This document shows positions 27,862-40,984 of a stretch of DNA of 64,000 nucleotides, in pieces; within the stretch, counting starts at the first letter, position 1, and each line of letters opens with the position of its first letter. Source of the stretch: an uncultured Actinomycetes bacterium (GTDB lineage Bacteria > Actinomycetota > Thermoleophilia > Solirubrobacterales > 70-9); NCBI GenBank assembly GCA_963715475.1, contig OY970241.1, positions 1,827,309-1,891,308 on the forward strand, read 5' to 3'. Under the pieces are notes generated by a model, which worked only from the letters and a program-made list of their open reading frames with translations, did not search any database and was not told where the DNA came from. The position numbers and the translations under genes are program-made.

Positions 27862-28124
27862 TGCAGCGACTCCTTGGGTTCGGCGGTGGCGTGGCGGCGG
27901 TCCCGGTACTTGGGCCCGGGCGAGGAGACCTCGAGCGAGTAGTCGACCAGCAGGTGCGTGAGGTGCTTGGTCACCCGTTCGCAGAGCGCGAGGTCGACGC
28001 CGCCGGGGTGGTCGATGAACAGGCGCAGCGAATCGCCCTCCGGTTTCTCGAGGGCGACGAGGTCGATGTCCGGGTCAAGCTCGGACAGCTTCTGCTGGAG
28101 GTCTTGCTCGCTGGGGTCGTTCAT
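27858..28124 (-). CDS. rimP: ribosome maturation factor RimP, N-terminal domain only (88 aa)
   Basis: MNDPSEQ... (ATG 28124) with the RimP hallmark LEVSSPG near the C-terminus. The stop overlaps the nusA start, so there is no room for the C-terminal Sm-like domain. Confidence 0.65.
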   Translation of the reverse strand: MNDPSEQDLQQKLSELDPDIDLVALEKPEGDSLRLFIDHPGGVDLALCERVTKHLTHLLVDYSLEVSSPGPKYRDRRHATAEPKESLQ

Positions 28125-28160
28125 GCCTGGGGTATCGGGGCTGTCTTCAGGTCTGGGCGT

Positions 28161-28184
28161 AAAAAAAGTGGGCCAGGCCCACTT
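28161..28184 (-). terminator. intrinsic terminator downstream of coaBC
   Basis: Minus strand AAGUGGGC-CUG-GCCCACUU followed by U7 (plus-strand A-run 28161-28167). Confidence 0.65.
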
Positions 28185-28230
28185 CTCGACACGCATAGGG
28201 ACAGAAAAGCTTGCGGCCAGTATAGCCCGC

Positions 28231-29484
28231 TCAACTCGTCGGTCGGCCGGTTTTTTCCCGCAAGCGGTCGACCTCGCCCAGGATCGCCTCGGCGATCGCC
28301 TCCTTGGAGTCGATCGCGACCTCGGTCTCGCCGTCGGCGGCGATCAGGGTGACGGCGTTGCGCTCGCTCTCGAAGCCGATCTCCGGGTCGGAGACGTCGT
28401 TGAAGACGATCAGGTCGGCTCCCTTGCGCTCGCGCTTGCCGCGGGCGCGCTCGATCCCGGCGGCGAGGCTGCCGCCCGCTTCGGCGGCGAAGCCGACGAT
28501 CGTCTGCCCCGGGGCGCGCCCGGCGCTGAGCGAGGCGAGGATGTCCTCGGTCGGCTCGAGGCGGAGCTCGACGCCCTCCTGGCGCTTCAGCTTCTCCCCG
28601 GCGGCGGCGGCGCGGAAGTCGGCCGGGGCGGCGGCCATCAGCAGGACGTCGGCCTCGGGGAACTCCGCCGCGGCGGCGCCGCCCAGCTCGGCCGCGGTCT
28701 CGACGTCGATCCGCCGCGCCGCGGCGGGGGCGGGCAGGGCGACGTTGGCGGCGATCAGCGTCACCTCGGCGCCGCGCTTCGCCGCCGCGGCGGCGAGGGC
28801 GATCCCCATCCGCCCGCTGGAGCGGTTGCCGATGAAGCGGACCGGGTCGATCGGCTCGCGGGTGCCGCCGGCGGTGACCAGGACCCGCAGCCCGTCCCAG
28901 GGCCGCTCGCCGGCGGGCAGCTCCGCCTCGAGGCGGGCGAGCAGCCGGGCGGGGTCGGGCAGGCGGCCGCGGCCGTGCTCGCCGCGCGAGGCGAGCCTGC
29001 CCTCGTCGGGCTCGATCACCTGCACCCCGCGCGCCCGCAGCGTCTCCAGGTTGGCCTGGGTGGCGGCGTCGGCGTACATGCGGTCGTTCATCGCCGGCGC
29101 CACCAGCCGCGGCGCCGTGCAGGCGAGGAAGGAGGTGGTCAGCATCGAGTCGGCGGCACCGGCCGCCAGCTTGACGAGCGTGTTGGCCGAGGCCGGGGCG
29201 ACGAGGTAGGCGTCGCAGCGGGCGGCCAGCTCGAGGTGGCCGATCGGGTCGTGCGAGGCGGCCTCTTCGCCGGGGAAGGCGCCGCGCATCGGGTCGCGCT
29301 CGAACTCGTCGAGCAGAACCGGGGCGCCGACGATCCCCTCGAAGGAGGCGGGGCCGACGAAGCGGGTCGCGGTCGCGGTCATCAGCACCCGCACCCCGTG
29401 GCCGGCGAGGGTCGCCGACCGGGCCAGCTCCAGGGCCTTGTAGGCGGCTATGCCGCCGCTGACGCCGAGAAGCAAACGGGCCAT
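28231..29484 (-). CDS. coaBC: bifunctional phosphopantothenoylcysteine decarboxylase / phosphopantothenate-cysteine ligase
   Basis: Flavoprotein N-domain GVSGGIAAYK and CoaB motif GNRSSGRMG. Confidence 0.9.
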   Translation of the reverse strand: MARLLLGVSGGIAAYKALELARSATLAGHGVRVLMTATATRFVGPASFEGIVGAPVLLDEFERDPMRGAFPGEEAASHDPIGHLELAARCDAYLVAPASANTLVKLAAGAADSMLTTSFLACTAPRLVAPAMNDRMYADAATQANLETLRARGVQVIEPDEGRLASRGEHGRGRLPDPARLLARLEAELPAGERPWDGLRVLVTAGGTREPIDPVRFIGNRSSGRMGIALAAAAAKRGAEVTLIAANVALPAPAAARRIDVETAAELGGAAAAEFPEADVLLMAAAPADFRAAAAGEKLKRQEGVELRLEPTEDILASLSAGRAPGQTIVGFAAEAGGSLAAGIERARGKRERKGADLIVFNDVSDPEIGFESERNAVTLIAADGETEVAIDSKEAIAEAILGEVDRLREKTGRPTS

Positions 29485-29527
29485 GACCCGGTTTTAAAGC
29501 ACGCCCGCCCCGCGGGCGTCGCCGGCG

Positions 29528-29761
29528 CTAGGCGCGGTACTCGTATTTCAGCTTGCCCTCGGCGAGCTCTTCGAGCGACATCGAGAGGTAGTTGCGCTCG
29601 CCGGTCGTGTCGACCATCGGCGGCGGGTACTCGCCGAAGCCGCCCTCGCCGAGGTTGTGGAAGTAGCTGTTGATCTGCCGAGCCCGCTTGGCCGCGACGA
29701 CGACGGCGGCGTAATGGGAATCGGCATGCTCCAGAAGCTTGTCTACGCGTGGTTTGATCAT
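29528..29761 (-). CDS. rpoZ: DNA-directed RNA polymerase subunit omega
   Basis: 77 aa with HYAAVVVAAKRARQINSY. gmk-rpoZ synteny. Confidence 0.85.
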   Translation of the reverse strand: MIKPRVDKLLEHADSHYAAVVVAAKRARQINSYFHNLGEGGFGEYPPPMVDTTGERNYLSMSLEELAEGKLKYEYRA

Positions 29762-29794
29762 CGGCGAGCGAGTCTAGAGGATCGGCTCGACTCG

Positions 29795-30355
29795 CTAATC
29801 CAGCCCGAGCTCGGAGCGGACGACCTCGACCAGCTCGGAGGCGGCGCGGTTGACGTCGTCGTTGACGATCTGGTGGTCGAAGTCGTCCTGGACGGCCAGC
29901 TCCTGCTCGGCCACCTTGAGGCGCTCGTCGATCGCCGCGGTGGAGTCGGTGCCGCGGCCGAGGAGGCGTTCGCGCAGGACCGCGGGGTCGGGCGGGGCAA
30001 TGAAGATCTGGACGGAATCGGGTTCCGCCGCCCGCACCTGCTGGGCGCCCTGGACCTCGATCTCCAGGACCACGGAGCGGCCGCCCTCGAGGCAGCGTTC
30101 GACCTCGCTGCGCAGGGTGCCGTAGCGGTTGCCGCTGTAGCTGGCGAACTCGAGGAAGTCGTTTTCCTCGATCCGCCGTTCGAATTCCTCCTGGGTGAGG
30201 AAGTGGTAGTCGCGGCCGTCGACCTCCCCTTCGCGAGGCGCCCGCGTCGTCGCCGAGACCGAGAGCTCGAGGTCGGGGACGCGCTGCAGCAACTCGCGGA
30301 TCAGCGTTCCCTTGCCCACCCCCGAGGGCCCGGTGATGACGAAGACTTTGGCCAT
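29795..30355 (-). CDS. gmk: guanylate kinase
   Basis: P-loop GPSGVGKGT and SATTRAPREGEVDGRDYHF. Confidence 0.9.
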   Translation of the reverse strand: MAKVFVITGPSGVGKGTLIRELLQRVPDLELSVSATTRAPREGEVDGRDYHFLTQEEFERRIEENDFLEFASYSGNRYGTLRSEVERCLEGGRSVVLEIEVQGAQQVRAAEPDSVQIFIAPPDPAVLRERLLGRGTDSTAAIDERLKVAEQELAVQDDFDHQIVNDDVNRAASELVEVVRSELGLD

Positions 30356-30386
30356 GCGGCGGGCATCATTACCGCCCGCGCGGTCG

Positions 30387-30722
30387 CTATCGGCGCAGCT
30401 GGGAGATCAGCTCGGCGCGCTGGCGCTCGGAGAGGCCGCCGATCGTCTTCGACGGCGAGATCCGGCACTGGTTGAGGATGCGGTTGGTCTTCACCCGGCC
30501 GTACTTGGGTACGGCGAGGAGCATGTCGAAGACCTTGGCGGTGAGGACGTACTCCGGCGGGTCGAGCAGGATCGTCTGGATGCTGGCCCGGTTCGCCTTC
30601 AGGTCCTTCTTCAGCTTGGCCCGGGCGGTGCGGATGTCGTTGGCCCGCTTCAGCGCCTCCATCCTCTGGTCGAGGGACCGTTCGGGTGCCGCGAGCGAGG
30701 ATTTGACTGGTGGGGCCGTCAT
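30387..30722 (-). CDS. mihF: actinobacterial integration host factor (mIHF)
   Basis: 111 aa with ...ALKRANDIRTARAKLKKDLK...VPKYGRVKTNRILNQCRISPSKTIGGL. mihF-gmk-rpoZ-coaBC synteny. Confidence 0.85.
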   Translation of the reverse strand: MTAPPVKSSLAAPERSLDQRMEALKRANDIRTARAKLKKDLKANRASIQTILLDPPEYVLTAKVFDMLLAVPKYGRVKTNRILNQCRISPSKTIGGLSERQRAELISQLRR

Positions 30723-30732
30723 GTGGGCGGCG

Positions 30733-30760
30733 AGTATAGCCGCGGCTTGAGGGCGCGCAA
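30733..30760 (-). promoter_or_regulatory. putative sigma-70-type promoter of mihF (TTGCGC-N16-TATACT), near-leaderless
   Basis: On the minus strand the -35 TTGCGC is at 30760-30755 and the -10 TATACT at 30738-30733. The -10 ends 10 nt before the ATG, and no SD is visible. Confidence 0.35.
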
Positions 30761-30817
30761 GCCGGAAACCCCGAAAAGTCCCAAAATTCGCCTGAACCTC
30801 TAGTCGAGGTCGAACCT

Positions 30818-32628
30818 CTAGACGGGTGACTGCACCCGATACATCTCGGTTTCCAGCCCATTTGCGATCCGCGAGCCCGCCCGCGGGTCGCGGAAACTCT
30901 CCGTTCCCACGGCCACCAGGGCCGCCCCGGCGGCGAGGAATTCGGCCGCGTCGGCGGCGCTGGAGATCCCCCCCATCCCGACCGCCGGGATCTCCACCGC
31001 GGCGACCACGGCCCGCAGCTGCTGCAGGGCGACGGGCCTCACCGCCGGCCCCGAGAGCCCGCCGTGGCCCGCCGCCAGCGCCGGCCGCCGGGTCAGCGGG
31101 TCGATCGCGGAGGCCTTCAGCGTGTTGATCAGCGAGACCGCGTCCGCCCCTCCCGACTCGGCGGCGACGGCCACCGCCTCGGGCGCTGCGACGTTGGGAG
31201 TCAGCTTGACGATCAGCGGCTTCTCGGTCAGCGGCCGCAGCGCTTCCAGCAGCGCCTCCGTCTCCCCCGGCTGCTCCCCCACGATCAGTCCCGAGTGCAC
31301 GTTGGGACAGCTGACGTTCAGCTCGACCGCAGCGACCTCGTCCCGATCTGCGACCGCACCAACCAGCCGCGCGAAGTCCTCCCGGTTCGTAGCCATCACC
31401 GAGACGATCAAAGGCACCGGCAGCTCCGCCAGTTCCGGCAGATCCTCTTCGAGAAACCCATCCAGCCCCTTGTTGGGCAACCCGATCGAGTTGATCATCC
31501 CGGCCGGCGCCTCCCAGATCCGCTGCGGCTCGTTCCCCGTCCGCGGCTCCGGAGTGATCGTCTTCGAGACGAAAGCAGCGAACGGAAATTCCGTCAACAG
31601 TGCCTCCCCGAAAACCTTTCGCGCGGCGATCGCGTCATAGGTCCCCGAGGCGTTGATCACCGGGTGCTCCAGGTCGATCCCGCAGAAGCTGAAGCCGCCT
31701 GGCTTCGACGGGCTGACGGGGGCGTCCCGGTCCGCGGGTCCTGTCACGGCAGGGGACCCACCATGTCTTCCGGTAGCTAAAGCTTCCTCAGACATGGTCC
31801 CCCCTACCGTGCCACCCGCGGACGTGACGGGGCCGTCTACACAGAGTCGGATGTAGCCGTCGCCGTCAGGACGGGGGACCGCACACCCGTAGCAAGCCCC
31901 GAACCCACACGCCATCGGCGACTCCTCGGCGAGCTGATACGCGACTCCGTGCGAGGAGCAGAGCGCAGCTACCGCCTCCAGCATCGCCGGAGGGCCGCAG
32001 GAGTAGACGACGGCAGAGCCGGCATCGTCGCCGGCGAGCATCGTCGCCAGGAGGTCGGTGACGTAGCCCCGGTGGCCGGCGTGGCCGTCCTCGGTCGCAA
32101 GGCGGACGTCGGGACAGAGATTGCCGCCGGCGCAGAAGAGCTCGTCGAGGCCGCCGGAGTGCTGCTGGTTGCGGAAGCCGAGGAGGACCCGCAGGGGAAT
32201 GCCCTTCTCGGCCAGCCGGCGGCGCCAGATTGCCAGGGGGGCGATGCCGATGCCGCCGCCGACGAGGATCGCCCCCGCGGCGTCGGGGTTGGTCTGCCTG
32301 GGGGTCGAGAAGGCGTTGCCGAGCGGCCCGGTGACCCAGACGCTCTCCCCCGCCGCCAGCTCGCAGAGCCGGTCGGTGCCGGGGCCGACGGACTCGACCA
32401 GGAAGTCGAGGCGGATGCCGTCCTTCGCCGCGGCGGTCTCGGCCACCGAGATCGCCCGCGGCAGGAAGGGCCGCCCTCCGCCCTCCCCCCAGCTTCCCTC
32501 GCTCGCCAGCATGTAGAACTGGCCCGGCTCGGGCGCCGGGCCCTGGCGGTCGAGCAGCGAGAAGAGCCGGTAGCCGCCGGTCGCCTGGTTGGCGGCGACC
32601 TCGCAGAGGCGGCGGCCGAAGGGTGCCG

Positions 32629-32632
<4 letters not shown>
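30818..32632 (-). CDS. pyrD: fused dihydroorotate dehydrogenase 1B: PyrK electron-transfer domain + PyrD catalytic domain
   Basis: One 604-aa frame. The N-terminal half has the FAD/NAD-binding fold and 2Fe-2S motif [11 protein letters not shown]...C. The C-terminal half is a DHOD TIM barrel ([21 protein letters not shown]). The ATG overlaps the carB stop (ATGA). Confidence 0.85.
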
Positions 32633-35737
<3,105 letters not shown>

Positions 35738-35745
<8 letters not shown>

Positions 35746-36853
35746 GGGCGAGCTCCAGGAAGCGGTCGAAGAGATGGCGGGAATCGTGCGGGCCGGGGCC
35801 GGCCTCGGGGTGGTACTGGACGGTGGCGCCGGCGACGTCGCGCAGGACCAGGCCCTCGACCGTGCGGTCGTAGAGGTTCAGCTGCGAGAGCTCGGCGACG
35901 CCGAAGTCGGTCTCCCAGCGGACGGGCTCGTCGCCCTCGATCCGCGGCTCGCCGCCGGGGCCGACGACGGCGAAGCCGTGGTTCTGCGAGGTGATCTCGA
36001 TCCGCCCCGTCTCCAGGTCCTTGACCGGGTGGTTGGCGCCGCGGTGGCCGAAGGGCAGTTTGTAGGTCTGCAGGCCGACGGCGCGGCAGAGGAGCTGGTG
36101 GCCGAGGCAGATGCCGAAGACCGGCTTGCGGCCGATCACTCCGCGCACGGTCTCGACGACGTAGTCGAGGGCGGCGGGGTCGCCGGGGCCGTTGGCGAGG
36201 AAGACGACGTCGGGCTCCTCGGCGAGGACCTCCGCGGGGCTGCTGGTGCAGGGGAGCAGGGTGAGCCGGCAGCGGCGCTCGCGGAGCTGGCGGACGATGC
36301 TGAGCTTGACCCCGGTGTCGACCCCGACCACGTGCGGCCCCTCGCCCTCGAAGCGGACCGGCTCGGGCGGGGTGACGGTGCGGGCGAGGTCGGCGCCGGC
36401 CATCGCCGGCTCGGCGGCGATCCGCTCGCGCGCCTCGGATTCCGGCGTCGGGGCCGGGAAGATGCCGCCGCGCATCGAGCCCTTGTCGCGCAGGTGGCGG
36501 ACCAGGGCGCGGGTGTCGACGCCGCTCAACGCCGGCACGCCGCAGTCGCCGAGCCAGTCGAGCCAGCCGCCCTCGGCGGTGGCGGCGTCCTCGCGGTTCT
36601 TGGCGTCGCGCATGACGACGCCGCGGGCGTGGACCGCTTCGGACTCCATCGCCGCCTCGGAGACGCCGTAGTTGCCGATCAGCGGGTAGGTGAAGACGAC
36701 GATCTGCCCGGCGTAGGAGGGGTCGGTGACCGACTCCTGGTAGCCGGCCATCGCCGTGTTGAAGACGACCTCGCCGGTGACCGCGCCCCCGGCGCCGCAG
36801 GCGAGCCCGTCGAGCCGCGTCCCGTCCTCGAGCAGCAGGTAGGCCCCGCTCAT
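35738..36853 (-). CDS. carA: carbamoyl-phosphate synthase small subunit (glutamine amidotransferase)
   Basis: GATase triad context GICLGHQLL. Confidence 0.95.
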
Positions 36854-36905
36854 CTTTCTGTTCCTTTTGGTCGTATGGCGGACATAAAGAACAACTTGCG
36901 GCGAC
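36853..36905. repeat. conserved intergenic motif, family D copy 1 (TCTTTCTGTTCCTTWTGGTCG...)
   Basis: 21-nt block shared with 60995-61015 (20/21 identical). The minus strand reads ...GACCAAAAGGAACAGAAAGATG, so it carries the carA SD and start codon. Degenerate hairpin TGTTC(C)TTT / AAAGAACA. Confidence 0.45.
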
Positions 36906-38278
36906 TCACGAGGCGACGCCGAGGCTGAAGGAGCGCAGGCGGTAGGCGACCTGGCCGGCGGCCACGGTCATCAGGACGCGGCCGGTGAGGGTGCGGCCGG
37001 CGCACCAGGAGTTGGCGGAGCGGCTCTCGTAGCCGTCCTCGCCGACCGTCCACTCGGCGCCGAGGTCGCAGAGGACGACGTTCGCCTCCGCGCCCGGCGC
37101 CAGGGTCGGCCGCGGCAGGTCGAAGGGCTCGGCGCCGCCGGCCATCCGCTCGACCAGGAGCGCCAGCTCGATCGTGCCGGGCAGGACCAGCTCGGTGTGC
37201 AGGGCCGCGAAGGCGGTCTCCAGGCCGGTCACCCCGAACGCCGCCTGCTCGAAGGGGACGTCCTTTTCCTCCGGCTGGTGCGGAGCGTGGTCGGTGGCGA
37301 CGCACTCGACGGTGCCGTCGCGCAGGCCCTCGACCAGCGCCCGGCGGTCGCGCTCCTCGCGCAGCGGCGGGTTCATCTTCGAGCGGTGCGGGTCGAGTCC
37401 GCGGACCTCCTCGTCGGTGAGGCAGAGGTGGTGCGGGCTGGCCTCGGCGCTGATCCGCACGCCGGCCGCCTTGGCGGCGCGGACGATCTCGACCGACTCG
37501 GCGGCGGAGAGGTGCTGGACGTGGATCCGGGCCCCCTCGTAGGCGGCGAGGGCGGCGTCGCGGGCGACCATCGTCGACTCCGAGACCGAGGGGATGCCGC
37601 CGATCCCGAGCGCGGCCGAGACCGGGCCCTCGTGCATCGCCCCGCCCAGCGAGAGCCGCGGGTCCTCCTCGTGCAGGGCGATGTTGCCGCCGCAGAGGCG
37701 CTGGTACTGGAGGGCGCGGCGCATCGTCCCGGCGTCGACGATCGGCAGGCCGTCGTCGGAGAAGCCGATCGCGCCCGCCTCGCGCAGCTCGACCATCTCG
37801 GTCAGCTCCTCGCCGGCCATGTCCTTGGTGACGGTGGCGAGGAAGCCGACCGGGACCGAGGCCCCGGCCCGTGCCTGCTCGCGCAGGGCGGCGACGTCGG
37901 CCGCGGTCGAGACCGGCGGCTCGGTGTTGGCCATCGCCAGGATCCCGCAGTAGCCGCCCGCCGCGGCGGCGCGGGTGCCGGTCTCGACGTCCTCCTTGTG
38001 CTCGTGGCCGGGGGTGCGGAGGTGGACGTGCGGGTCGAAGAAGGCGGGGAAGGCGTGCAGCCCCTCGGCCTCGACCACCTCGGCCCCGTCGGCCCCGGCC
38101 TCGCCGGGGGCGGCGAGGGCGGCGATCCGCCCGCCCTGGACGACGACGTCGTGGACGGCGTCGATGCCGGCGACCGGGTCGAGCACCGTCGCCCGGCGCA
38201 GGACCAGGTGGGCCGCCTCGCCGGGGCGCGCGTCGAGCTGCTCGCGCAGGCTCCGCGTCGGCATCTCGGCCTGCGCGC

Positions 38279-38282
<4 letters not shown>
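36906..38282 (-). CDS. pyrC: dihydroorotase
   Basis: Metal-binding DPHVHLRTPG and amidohydrolase fold. Confidence 0.9.
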
Positions 38283-39234
<952 letters not shown>

Positions 39235-39238
<4 letters not shown>

Positions 39239-39795
39239 CGGCTCGCCGCCGCCGGGTCGAGCTCGGAGATCGTCACGCCGTCTGTGCCGTCGATCTCCTC
39301 CAGCCGCACGTTGACCCGCTCCTCGCGGGCGGTCGGCAGGTTCTTGCCGACGTAGTCGGGCCGGATCGGCAGCTCGCGGTGGCCGCGGTCGCAGAGGACC
39401 GCGAGCTGCACCCGCTGCGGGCGGCCGTAGTCGAAGAGGGCCTCGATCGCGGCGCGGACGGTGCGGCCGGTGAAGAGGACGTCGTCGACGAGGACGACGG
39501 TGCGCTCGCTGAGGTCGAAGTCGATGTGGGAGGCGTGGACGACCGGCTGGTCGCCGGGCGCCTTGGCGCCGACGTCGTCGCGGTAGAAGGAGATGTCGAG
39601 GTCGCCGATCGGCAGCTCCGAGCCGGTCAGCTCGCCGAGGAAGACGTGGAGGCGGCGGGCCAGCACGGCGCCGCGGGTGTGGATGCCGACGACCGCAAGG
39701 CGCTCCGGTTCCGGGTTCTTCTCGGCGATCTCGTGGGCGATCCGCCGCAGCGTCCGCCTCAGGTCGTCGTGCTCCAGCACGACCTTCTCGTTCAC
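39235..39795 (-). CDS. pyrR: bifunctional pyrimidine operon regulator / uracil phosphoribosyltransferase PyrR
   Basis: Starts at GTG 39795 (VNEKVVLEHDDLRRTLRRIAHEI) with AGGAAGGAAG about 10 nt upstream. PRPP motif VVLVDDVLFTGRT. The track start at 40020 overlaps rnz and is a shadow extension. Confidence 0.9.
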
Positions 39796-39806
39796 TTCAG
39801 TGGCTT

Positions 39807-39837
39807 CCTTCCTGGCCTCTCGGGACCTGGTTAAAGG
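39807..39837 (-). promoter_or_regulatory. putative PyrR-binding hairpin sequestering the pyrR Shine-Dalgarno
   Basis: Minus-strand RNA CCUUUAACCAGGUCCCGAGAGGCCAGGAAGG contains GUCCCGAGAGGC, close to the PyrR box (UCCAGAGAGG). The lower stem CCUU/AAGG plus CC/GG includes the SD. Confidence 0.5.
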
Positions 39838-39864
39838 ACGGTGGGGACAGTAGCAGTGCTTGCG

Positions 39865-40040
39865 GCGTCGGGAAGGGGTAGGTCCTCGGCGGACAACAGA
39901 TGGGAGGGTCCGGCGAGGACCTACCCCTTCCCGACGCTGTCGACGGCTACTTTGGGACGAGATGGGTGGAGGGTCCGGCGAGGACCTACGCCGCCCGGCC
40001 TTTCGGCTCCGCGGCTCCATTCGGGACGAGATGGGGCTCG
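39865..40040. repeat. tandem ~66-nt duplication of the rnz 3' end plus a perfect 24-bp hairpin
   Basis: Minus-strand units CCCATCTCGTCCC-N-GTAGGTCCTCGCCGGACCCTCC occur at about 40037-39969 (inside rnz) and 39970-39905, with a partial inverted copy. Stem 39865-39888 pairs perfectly with 39914-39937. Confidence 0.7.
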
Positions 40041-40948
40041 CCGCGCTCCGGGAAGGGGAGCTCGATGAGGTCGAAGTCTTTGGGGGCGACGACGGGCTCG
40101 AAGACGTCCTTCGCCTCCTCGATCACCTTGCCGACGTGGTAGCGGGCTGAGATGTGGACCAGGGCGAGCAGCTTGACGTGGGCCTCGGCGGCGACGGCGG
40201 CGGCCTGGCCGACCGTCGAGTGGCCGGTCTCGGCGGCGCGACCGGCGTCCTCCTCGGCGAAGGAGGCGTCGTGGATCAGCAGGTCGGCGTCGGCCGCGGC
40301 GGAGACGGTGGCGGGGCTGGGAGCGGTGTCGCCGGTGACGACGATGGTGCGGCCGGGCCGGCTCGCGCCCATCACCCGGTCGGGGGCGACCGGGCCGGCC
40401 TCCCCTTCCACCGTCTCGCCCCGCTGCAGGGCGGCGTAGGCGGGCCCTTCGGGGACGCCCGCCGCCGCGGCGGCGGCCGGGTCGAAGCGGCCCGGCCGCT
40501 CGTGCTCGACCAGCGCGTAGCCGAGCGAACGGCCGCGGTGCGCCACCTCGAAGGGCTGGATCTCGTAGCCGTCGTGCGGGAGCGGGTCGTCCTTGGCCAG
40601 CTCGACCAGGTCGAGCGGGAAGCCCAGCCGGCCGAGGAAGGGGGCGAAGACCTGGAAGAGGTCGCTGAGCCCGGGCGGCCCGCAGATCCTCAGCGGCGCC
40701 TGCCGGTCCATCAGGTCGTAGGTCTTCAGCAGCCCCGGCAGTCCCAGCACGTGGTCGGCGTGGAAGTGCGTCAGGTAGATCTCGTCCGCCTGCACCAGCC
40801 CCAGCGACCGCTGCATCTGCCGCTGCGTCCCTTCCCCGCAGTCGAACAGCAGCCGCTCCCCCCCGCGACTGACCAGCACGCTCGCCGTCGACCGCCGCGC
40901 CGAGGGCACCGACCCCCCGGTGCCGAGAAAAGTCACCGCCAGATCCAT
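39986..40948 (-). CDS. rnz: ribonuclease Z
   Basis: MBL motif LTHFHADHVLGLPGLL and N-terminus FLGTGGSVP. Confidence 0.9.
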   Translation of the reverse strand: MDLAVTFLGTGGSVPSARRSTASVLVSRGGERLLFDCGEGTQRQMQRSLGLVQADEIYLTHFHADHVLGLPGLLKTYDLMDRQAPLRICGPPGLSDLFQVFAPFLGRLGFPLDLVELAKDDPLPHDGYEIQPFEVAHRGRSLGYALVEHERPGRFDPAAAAAAGVPEGPAYAALQRGETVEGEAGPVAPDRVMGASRPGRTIVVTGDTAPSPATVSAAADADLLIHDASFAEEDAGRAAETGHSTVGQAAAVAAEAHVKLLALVHISARYHVGKVIEEAKDVFEPVVAPKDFDLIELPFPERGEPHLVPNGAAEPKGRAA

Positions 40949-40984
40949 AGGCGGCGAGCCTACGCAAAGTCCAGGCAGAACATC

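Noticed and set aside
27858-28196. A frameshifted full-length rimP.
   Set aside because: nusA starts with a complete, conserved N-terminus immediately at the rimP stop. No alternative frame downstream could encode the missing C-terminal domain.
29485-29527. The hairpin ACGCCCGC-CCC-GCGGGCGT between rpoZ and coaBC as a terminator.
   Set aside because: The U-tract on the transcribed strand is very short (GCUUUAAAAC) and the coaBC start follows within ~20 nt. It is more likely a simple GC-rich spacer hairpin.
31740-31830. Separate pyrK and pyrD genes with an internal start at the linker Met (MSEEAL...).
   Set aside because: There is no stop codon in the pyrK frame before the PyrD domain. Even if the internal start is used, read-through produces a fusion. 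Only a sequencing error could restore two genes.
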